Shown in pieces: positions 35,901 through 46,600 of a stretch of DNA of 64,000 bases. The stretch lies in NCBI GenBank assembly GCA_964252035.1, contig OZ176201.1, one strand, 5' to 3'. The stretch is from Podarcis erhardii (taxonomy: Eukaryota). Made by a program: the position numbers and the translations under genes. Numbering within the stretch: position 1 is the first letter of the stretch; each line of letters begins with the position of its first letter. The notes under the pieces are model-generated. The model did not search any database. It saw only the letters and a program-made list of their open reading frames with translations, and was not told where the DNA came from.

Positions 35901-38900
35901 GATCCCTTCCTGGTTAAATACTTAATTCAGCACTTTCCTGTCCTTCCCAGGTGAGAGCCTATGGTCCAGGTCTTCAAGGAGGCCTTGTTGCAAAGCCTGC
36001 TGAATTCACAATAGACACCAAAGGAGCTGGAACTGGTGGTCTGGGGTTGACAGTCGAAGGCCCGTGCGAAGCCAAGATAGAATGTTCCGATAATGGGGAC
36101 GGCACTTGCTCAGTCTCCTACCTGCCTACGAAACCTGGCGAATACCTTGTGAACATCCTCTTTGAAGACGTCCATATTCCTGGCTCTCCTTTCAGAGCAG
36201 ACGTTGAAATGCCGTTTGACGCTTCTAAAGTAGTCGCCACAGGCCCTGGGCTTGAACATGGCAAAGTGGGGGAAGCAGGCTTGCTACATGTAGACTGCTC
36301 AGAAGCTGGGCCTGGGACTCTGGATATGGAAGCTGTGTCTGATTCTGGCTCCAAGGCAGATGTCGAGGTTCAGGATAACAAGGATGGAACCTACGCAGTT
36401 ACATACGTCCCCCTTTCTGCCGGGATGTACACACTCAAGATGAAATATGGCGGAGAACCAGTGCCAAACTTCCCTGCACGGGTCAAAGTTGATCCGGCTG
36501 TGGACACAAGTCAAGTCAAAGTGTTTGGGCCAGGAATTGAAGGAAAAGGTATGCCTCCCTTAGTTTCTCTTTAGGTTTGTAGCACTAGTAGAATCTAGTT
36601 GGAAGGTACCCAGGAGTCATCTAGTCCAACCCCCTGCAGTGCAGGAATCTCAGCTAGAGGATCCATGACAGATGACCATCCAACCTCTGTTTAAAAACCT
36701 CTAAGGAAAGAGAGTCCACCACCTCTCATGGGAGACTGTTCCACTGCCAAACAGCTCTTACTGTAAGAAAGTTTTTCTGAATGTTTAGTCGGAATCTCCT
36801 TTCTTGCAACTTGAAGCCATTGGTTCGAGTCCTACCCTCCAGAGCAGGAGAAAACAAGCATGTTCCCTCCTCCATGTGACAGCCCTTAAGATATCTGAAG
36901 ATGGCTATCACATCTCCTCTGTCTCCTCTTTTCCAGGCTAAACATACTTAGCTCCTTCAAGCGCTCCTCATAAGTCTTAGTTTCCATACCCTTGATCATC
37001 TTGGTTGCCCTCCTCTGCACACGTTCCAGCTTGTCAACATCCTTCTTAAATTGTGGTGCCCAGAATTGCACACAAAATTCCAAGTGTGATCTGTCTAAGG
37101 CAGACTAGAGTGGTACTACTACTTCCCGTGATCTGTATATAAAAAAAATGTCCAGTAGCACCTTAGAGACCAACGAATTTTGTTCTTGGTATAAGCTTTT
37201 GTGGTCATGCACACACTATACAGCGGTACCTCAGGTTATAAACACATCGGGTTACAGACTCTGCTAACCCGGAAGTAGTACCTCGGGTTAAGAACTGTGC
37301 CCCAGGATGAGAACAGAAATCGTGTGCTGGCGGCACGGTGGCAGCAGGAGTCCCCATTAGCTAAAGTGGTACCTCAGGTTAAGAACGGACCTCCAGAACG
37401 AATTAAGTTCATAACCAGAGGTACCACTGTACTTTTGTTGTCACTCGCGTGACTCTTAACCTGCATATCCCAGTACATGCTTAGATGTGCCCCTGGCAGT
37501 TCACAGTGCTTTCCAGGAAAGCACCCTTCCCGCTACCAAATCACACGGCTCACTTCCTCATTTCTGTGGGTTGATCGTGACTCATGAGACTGTAGGAAAG
37601 CACCCTGGCAAAATATGGCTTAGGTGAGCAGGTTTGCGGGAAACTGCTTGGTTGGGATCATTCTTGCATGATACCATTTGCGTCTCTTGAGTACCATTCC
37701 TGCCTCAGAGCGGCCAAACCTATTTCCATGCAGAAGCATGGAATTCTTGCACATGATTCTGCCCAAAACAAAGCTGTTTCCCAACTTTATTTCATAGATG
37801 TTTTCCGTGAAGCGACCACCGATTTCACCGTAGATGCTAGACCCTTGACCAAGACTGGCGGAGACCATATCAAAGCTCAGATTGCAAATCCCTCTGGAGC
37901 TTCCACAGACTGCCTCATCAAAGACAATGCCGATGGGACATATGCAGTAGAGTTCACACCCTATGAAAGAGGTAAAGTCTGCTAGTTGCTACTGACTTTG
38001 GGAGAATAAAGGAGGAAATAGATCGTACTAAGTGGCACCATTCTATTTTACCATACATCGAAGGGCAGGCTTGCTCCAGGACAAGGGTAGCCAACTTGAT
38101 GGCCTCCAGATGCTGCTAGACTAAAACTCCCATCTTCCCTGACCATAGGCAATGCTGGCTGGCAGAGCCATAGCTAGGTGATCTTGCGCCCCTGGCAGAA
38201 CCGCCCAGATTGTGCCCCCTAGCCACGGACAAATAAGCTCTTCTTTCCGCCTCTCCTCCAACCCCCCACTTTCCACCCATTCAATTCACCATAAATTTGA
38301 AACCATTTATTATGAGGCAATAATCAATATTTATATTTATGGACATATTTTTTGCCAATTTTTCACTCACCCACCCAAATCACCTGTGCCCCTGGTGGGG
38401 GCCCACCTCACCAACCCCTAGCTACGGTCCTGCTGGCTGGTGCTCGTGGGAGTTGTAGTTGAACAAAATGGGGAAGGCACTACATGTTCTAGAGCAGGCA
38501 CCCCAAAACTCGGCCCTCCAGCTGTTTTGGGACTACAACTCCCATCATCCCTAGGTAACACAACCAGTGGTCAGGGATGATGGGAGCTGTAGTCCCAAAC
38601 ATCTGGAGGGCCGAGTTTGGGGATGCCTGTTCTAGAGTAAGCTCTCTTGCATTCTGAAAATAGTTAATTCAAATAAGGTGGAGACTAATGGTCAGACACC
38701 TGTGATGTAACTTTTGCAATGGTTCAGAGACTTCTCCAGTAAACGTTCATCTTCTCCTTGCAGGTCCTCACACTGTTGAAGTAACCTATGATGATGTTCC
38801 TGTACTAAACAGCCCTTTCAGGGTTGATGTTACGGAAGGATGCCATCCTTCTCGGGTGGTGGCCCAAGGAGCTGGGCTACAAGAAGCCTTCACAAATAAA

Positions 38901-41900
38901 CCAAACCCATTCACTGTTGTCACTCGGTAAGTATGATGGACTGTATTCTGATACATTAATGTGGGCAGAGTAAGCTGTGTATTTGTAAAATAAAGTTAGA
39001 AGATCTGACTGTAGATGCATGATGCAGAATTGCAGGTGTCCTTGCCTCTCCTTCCAAAGTAGCTGATTGACAGGGACATGCCATGGGCTAGGTACAAATA
39101 GCAAGAAGCAACTTAGAGATCTTGACGTTACCACAGGCTTAAACATTGTCATCTTCCTTACAAACCCGCCCACACACCTTCAACTCACTGCTTTGATTCT
39201 TGATGACTTTCCCCAGACTGTCTTTGTGTGATTCACACGCCTGCCAAGTAATGTCCTCACCAATGACTTCAGAATTCCCCAGGCTAAATTGGACTTTAAA
39301 CTGAAGAAACCATTAATCAATCAACATGTAGACCTACCTGCATTACAGGTTCTTATTCTTCTCAACTGTCTAGTAGGCTACTGTCATTCTGAGAGAATGC
39401 AGCAGAGAACAATTAGTTGCAGTCATGCAAAGCAAAGTGGGATCTTGAGTTTAAAATGCTGTAATAGAAACATGTTAACTGTCCCCCCCCCCCTTTTCTT
39501 AAATGCTTGCAGAGGGGCTGGAATTGGCGGCCTTGGAATAACTGTTGAAGGACCCTCAGAATCCAAAATAAGTTGTAAAGATAACAAGGATGGCAGCTGC
39601 AGTGCAGAATATATTCCTTACGTTCCAGGAGATTATGATGTCAACATAACTTATGGAGGCGAACACATCCCTGGTAAGACGACTTGTATCCTGAGGTTGG
39701 ATTCAAAGTAAAAGCCTGTGAACTGACTTTCATGTTGGAGAACACTTTCTTTTTTCTTTTTAAGGATGTTGTAATGTATAATAAATAATGTGTGTTGCAT
39801 TTGAAAAAGTCAACATATCACGCTTTTGCAAGAAAATTCCCAGTGGGAATCAGGGTCTCATAGCAGAGCCTTTAGATTTTTGGGAATACAAAGCAAATAG
39901 CCTTATTGACCTATAACACAATAGTAGTATATTTTGCTGCTGCTGCTCTTTGACCACTACATAAGAATTTGTCTTACAGAGTCCACCTAGTTCAGTGTTG
40001 TTGACACTAACTGGCAGCAGCTCCCCAGGTTTTGAGTTTGGGGGTATCTCCCAGCCCTACCTGGATTGTCTGGAGATTGAGAATCTGGGATTTCTTGCAT
40101 GCGAAGCTGATGCTCAGCCACTGAGCCACTGCTCTATCCCAAATGTATCTAAAGATTTTGTGGTGGGTGCTAGAACCAACTTTCAGTGCCCCAAAACGTA
40201 TTTTTCTCACCTCATTAGAGCATCAAGTTCACATTGCATACAGTCCCATTTCAATTAAAATTTAATCCTTGTCCATCTCAATAGCCAGTATAAATCTGAT
40301 TTAAGTTGCCCAATTTTATCAGGATAGTCATCAGTGGGGGACCAAGGGAGCAGTGTGAGAGGAGCTGGGCTCCTTAGGGATGGCTGTTGACGCACCTTTA
40401 CACAAGTTGCTACATTCCCCTTTGTACTGAGCTAGCACTTTCTTCATTGGCAGGCAGTCCATTTAAGGTTCCTGTAAAAGATGTCGTTGACCCCTACAAG
40501 GTGAAAGTCTCTGGACCAGGCCTGGGAACAGCAGTCCGTGCCGGAATTCCCCAGTCATTTACTGTAGATACCAGTAAAGCTGGGGTAGCACCACTTGAGG
40601 TTACAGTAACAGCGCCCAGAGGTAATGTGTTCCACTGCAATCACTTGATATTTCTTTTAAATGAGTTGTATGATTAGCAGAAGTCATCACTTGGAAGCAC
40701 TTGAGTGGTAACTGGTAGGAGTTGTTGAATTGGAGGTACTAAGAAAAAGTAGCGTCGTGTACAGTTCTGAAGTGCAAAGTTTTGGGTACTGCTGATATAG
40801 CTATTACTCTGTAGTGCTTCAGAAAGTTGGGAGCTTCAGTAATCAAGGTGCTCCTTTATAACTCAGTTGGGAGTCTTCAAGGCAAGTCTAGTGTTTAAAC
40901 AGACATGGGAGGACAGCAGTTTGAGTACAGTTGTATCTTGGAAGCTGAATGGAATACATTCCGGAAGTCCGTTCGACTTCCAAAACGTTCGAAAACCAAA
41001 TTGAAGCTTCTGATTGGCTGCAGGAAGCTCCTGCAGCCAATCAGAAACTGCGGAAGACCCATCAGACGTTCGGGTTCCAAAAGAACGTTTGCAAACTGGA
41101 ACCATCACTTCTGGGTTTGCGGTGTTCAGGAGCCAAACGTACGAGTTCCAGGGCGTTTGACAACTAAGGTACGACTGTACATGACACTTGGAGTGGAGCA
41201 TATCTGGTCATTGAACGAACTTCTTGCACTAAGACAATATGGTGTTCAACCACCAATCCCGCTAACAAGTCATTGTAATCAAATCTTGCATAGAAAGCGG
41301 CAGACAGGAGTATTAATATTTGATTGTTTTCATGATGCATTGATTTGCATTTTTGTTCTGTTGTGAGACGCTATGAGAATATAAATTTAAATAATAAAAA
41401 CAAATGGTACACGCTGATCCAAATATATTAATGTTGGGGTTGTTTTGTTTTTTTTTAAAAAATCAAGGTAGCTCAGGTAAAAATAGTACTGTATCTCATA
41501 GGGTGGTGAGAAATGGCCTAGGATCATCTGACAGCTGAATGGGGGGGGGAAGGAATCTGCGTTTTGAAACACTTCTTGGCTACCTTGAAGGGCCGCTTAC
41601 AACCTGTTAAAGATACACCACCGCTTACTCTGTATTTGTGAATAGAAAATGTTAAGGTGGTTATCTCTTTGGCAACGAGTTCATTGAGCTGCCCTTGGTC
41701 CTATCCACTCCTGTGAGACGCAAGTGTCTGGCTGCCTTCTCTGTGAAGTGCCCTGATCCTTGATAAGAGCATGTAGAAAGATTGAGGGAGGAAAGGGGAC
41801 AGAGGTGAAGGCCTGAGGAAAGCGCTGTGAGAGGGTGGCTAGGAAACATGAGTTGGAAGAAGGAAACAGCCTGGTGGGATGAGGGCTAGTGGAAGAAGCC

Positions 41901-43649
41901 CAAAGCAATTCTGATGTTACTAGATGCTAAGCACTCTTGCGTGTCAACTATCTAACATTGCCAGATATAGAATGGGAATGCATTGAACGTCAGATGAATG
42001 AAACCCTTACCCCCCCCTCCACAAATTGTACTTGGGTCCCCTCTCTTACCTCATTCTTCCAGTTACTGAAGACCTAACAGGCTTTTATTTAATGTGTTCT
42101 GAGTACTGCAGACTTATGCAAGAATATTTGAGTACGTAAAATACTTATTGGAGCAAGTACGTTTCAGCTGTTGGCAAATCTAATTCAGCATTTTAAGAAG
42201 TCTTTCTTCGCTGAAGTTGTGAAAGCAACTCAGCCCAAGGGCCAGGGGAGGCAATGGCATTTGGAATTAAATTGCATGTACACTGCACACCGTGAACCTA
42301 TGCTGAACGGGATGCACTTGGTCTAATGTAGCCGTTGCATGAATAACCACCTTTTGTGTAATTGGTTTTAAGGCAAACATGTCTCAAGGGACAACTGACA
42401 GAGCTCTGATTTTGTATTACTAAGTTAATAGCTTTTTAATTCTAGCTGATGAGCCGGATACCCAGTCATGGCGCAGTCCGCTGAAAGCAATTTCAGAGTT
42501 CTTTAAAGGTGACCCACAGGGTGAATCTAATGAGACAGGTTTGAACTTTTACTAACTAATTACCTGTGCCTCCAGCAAATCCTCTAAACTGTATAAAGTG
42601 CTGCTGTGAATGAGCTTAATTGAACTTCTGTGCTTAACTGCCGCTGTACTATTAATTCTCCACTGAGTTATCCTTTTTACTAAACAATTCCTTCTTTGAT
42701 TTATATGCACACTTACTTTGGTCCTTGATCTAAATTGTAACTGCAGGCAGTTCTAATCATGTTTGCAACTAATCTTGTGAAATAGCTGCATGTGCAAATC
42801 CACATATCTTGATTTTCTGGGAATAGGTCCTTGGAGCTCTTCTTACCTTGAACTAGCCGATCATAACACTTGTTTGGCAGCACCAAATTTTGTTGACTGC
42901 GCTCAACTTCTTAATGTCATACTGAGGGGTAGAGCCTAAAGAAGGCAGGGTATTTTTTTCCATTCTGCACCAGTTTTCATATATTTATTCAAATGTCAGT
43001 TTGATCCCATTTCTACATTAATCTGCATTTTTATTATAAAAAAGCATGAGCATTTGTATTCAAATACACATTGTCATAATAAATACTTTAAAATGCATAT
43101 TTTATCAGTTTCTCAACCTTTTAAATGCTAAAATATGCAGTTTAATTTTTTTATACATTTTGCTGTTTTTGAGAAGTGTATTGCAAAATTTGGAGAGCTG
43201 TTCTGATCTTTGTATTAATCTGGGAGGTGCAAATTGATTTGGTTTGCTCATCGATGCAGACCAAATAAATCTCTCCTCCATGCCTGGGTTATAACGAAAG
43301 TTACTAACTATTCCTGACTAACACGCAGTACTGAATTGGATGTTGAGCCTAATCAGTAGTAGTGTTCAAATAAAAAAAGTCTTCCTTTTTCTGGAAGCTT
43401 ATATTTAAATCTGCCCGATAACTGACCTAACCAGCTGTATAATTTTGGAACAATAAATCACTCCAACCCCTATTTGATGGGGGTTTCTTAGCTTACAGCC
43501 ATTGGAGTTGAGCCAGCCAAGGAACTGCTAGTGATTTCACCTCTCTCTAATTGAGGTCACAGACTGGGAATGATAGGAATAAATTGGCTTATCTGAACAG
43601 ACCACAAAGCAGATGTCTCTGCAGATTTCTTGCAAAGCTTTAAATCAGC

Positions 43650-43683
<34 letters not shown>

Positions 43684-46600
43684 GGTGCTCAAAGCGGCAA
43701 AAATTGCTCGTGTGTCATTGAGGCCTTTGATGAGAAGGTGGCCAAAAGAATTGAAATGTGGTCTTTTTACTACTTAGGCTTGGCAGAACCTGTAAATATA
43801 GTTGACAATGGCGATGGCACCCATACAGTAGCCTACACACCTACGAAAGAAGGTCCCTACACAGTTGCAGTAAAATATGCAGATGAAGAGATTCCTCGCA
43901 GGTAAGAGTGGGGTGCAGGAAACAAAGCTTATTGTGCAAACTGCAGTGCTGTTGGTTGGCCTCCAAATTTGAGGTGGGTTGCATTGTTGTTCATGAGCTT
44001 AGTCTTTGCATTTAGTTTTGGTAAAGAGGCTTTAAAGAAATGCTTCTACAGCAAGGACTTGGTTCCTCCTGGTGGTTGTCAGAGAGGGGGAAGAGGCTAC
44101 AAAGTGCTGTGCATTTCCTTGAACTGTAGAATCTAGCAAACATTCTGTAACTAGCCCAGTGTTTGCTTCTGCCAAGGACCAGCTTGTTTATTTATGTGCT
44201 GCTATTATTGCTTGAATGCCAAAATAGGCTTCCGAGAAGATTTACAAAGCACCAAAACGAGTTACACAAGCATTAAAATACAAGTGCCCGTCGCTGAAAG
44301 GCACAATGAAACAACACAGCAATTAAAAACAGGGGTCAAAAGATCTTTAGGGAATGCCTGTGTAAACAAGGGTGTCTGTCCCACTTTGTTCCCCAAATGT
44401 CTAGTAGGTTTGTACATATAGTAATGAGTGGTTCCCTAACTCCTGCATCAAAAAGGTTCAGTGACTAATCCAGTGTCTGGCCTTCAACAGTAATCTTGTA
44501 CCTTTGTTTAACTTTCATGCCGGTGAGGCATCTACTTACATAAACATTCATGATCTTCAGTGCTGAAATATGTCGCTTTGTTCTTTCAACAGCCCGTTCA
44601 AAGTTAAGGTGCTTCCAACATACGATGCCAGTAAAGTGACGGCGAGTGGGCCAGGGCTAAGCTCCCATGGGGTTCCTGCCAGCATGCCCACTGAGTTTGC
44701 TGTTGATGCTAGAGATGCAGGCCAAGGACTTCTCTCAGTGCATGTGACCGTAAGATACAATTTCTTCCTACTGTTGACCATTTAACACAGGAGCTGAATC
44801 TTCACACGCTGAACTCAAAGACCTCTGGTATTTTGAGTAGGAGAACTAGAATGTTTCCTTCTGGTGCACTGCTGAGCATCACTGGGGGTTCAACAGGGCA
44901 GACCTCCATTCAGCAGTGCCCTTAAAGCTTTCCTTTAAAAGTATCAGTTGGCAAACTTCGCTCACTTTATATATCACCCAAATTTAGCAAGGCTACTGTG
45001 TGCCGACTATTTCTAGGCAAAGCTTGTGGCTCCTAATAAATAGAGGGTGCCCTGGACATAGTACAGTGCTTTTTGATGTGAACTATTCATAGCCTTTTCA
45101 GATCCCCATAAACTAGGCCAGTCTGCAGTTTTCACCATGAATGAACATAAACAAGGTTTTGTGGAAGAGCCAGTACATACTTCAGAGGTAATCATAGCTG
45201 TTCTGGGCTCTGTTTCAAGGCAGCTTTGTCATGAGCATTTGCAAAGACAAACCTTGGTTTTGAGGGATACCAGTTAACCCCCACAGCGCATTAAAGCTGT
45301 TAAAGCAAACAAATATGTATTAGCCAGAATAATGCATGGTGCCCCTGTCTAATAAGCAGTGCTATGAAAACTTGTTATAAAAATATAATGGAAGAGTAGA
45401 GCTTGCATTTTACCCAGAGGACCTTTGACTTGCAGCTATTAGTCAAAAACTGCACAGATACAACACCTAAAAGCTGTCTGGTGGCATTATGATATGCAAT
45501 AGTCTTGCATTAGACTCCTGTTTCAGTATAAACCTAAGGTAAAGGTAAAGGTACCCCTGCCTGTACGGGCCAGTCGTGTCCGACTCTGGCATCTGGCGAG
45601 CCAGCGCAGCACATGGAAACGCCGTTTACCTTCCCGCTAGTAAGCGGTCCCTATTTATCTACTTGCACCCGGGGGTGCTTTCGAAGTGCTAGGTTGGCAG
45701 GCGCTGGGACCGAGCAACGGGAGTGCACCCCGCTGCGGGGATTCGAACCGCCGACCTGATGATCGGCAAGTCCTTGGCGCTGAGCCTTTACCCACAGCGC
45801 CACCTGCGTCCCTGATAGTATAAACCTAGACCATTCTTAATCAAGAAGAAACAGGTTAACAAAAATGACTGCTTCCAGTGTAACATGGAAAGTGTTTGCA
45901 TTACCCACAGAAGCAAGCCAATTGCACATTGCTCATCCAAAGCCTGTGATATTTCTTGCAGGATCCAGGCAATGTGGATATTTACTACTTACTGTCCTAA
46001 GGATTTTTTCATGTCACAAGATTGGCTTTTACAGGCAGCAACAAATCACATTCCTTTGAACTTCCATGTCAACCTCAAACTGCCCTTTGATTGCTTAAAT
46101 ACCAGGTCCGCTTGGAAATAAAAAAACAGCATGTTATAGAAACTGTCAAGTTCAGGGTAGATGTAAACTTGAACGTCTGCTGTTTTTAGAGCTTACGCTC
46201 TGCGTCTTTGTGATTGAGGCTTTCTTGCTGATTGTGGCTTCGCTTCTGGCATTCAGGACCAAGAAGGCAAACCAAAGAGGGTTGATGTCCAAGACAACCA
46301 AGATGGCACTTATGCAGTCACTTACCTCCCTGACAAGACTGGTCGCTACTCAGTTGGCATTAAATACGGTGGGGATGATATCCCCCTTTCTCCATACCGA
46401 ATTCGTGTGTCACCAGCAGGAGATGCTAGCAAGTGTCAGGCAACAGGTAAAGTCGTCCTGTTTTCTCACTGTAAGCAAGTGTTTTATAAGAGTACCGGAG
46501 TCAGGCAAGCTATGCAAACTGCTCTCCTAAAAGCCTTTGTACAGATATATTGACGTGAAATGGGCTACCTGCCCTATATGATCAGCACACATACTTAAAC

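Noticed and set aside
36118-36514. Antisense ORFs over exon 21 (similar ones at 18151-18543, 44557-44781, 47626-47808, 59308-59610)
   Set aside because: Shadow ORFs caused by codon bias on the opposite strand of real exons.
35951-36574. 207-aa ORF as a stand-alone gene starting with Met
   Set aside because: The start is the GTG (Val) first codon of exon 21 after a splice acceptor; the tail after 36548 is intron read-through.
36726-37083. CR1-like ORFs as a functional reverse transcriptase gene
   Set aside because: Only the frameshifted C-terminal ~130 codons of ORF2 in a 5'-truncated copy.
40070-40140. tRNA-Ala gene (also 46650-46696)
   Set aside because: Degenerate B box, no cloverleaf, continues into SINE body sequence.
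40905-41366. 153-aa ORF as a transposase or new gene
   Set aside because: Runs across a 250-bp non-autonomous MITE and flanking intron; no DDE or other motif recognised.
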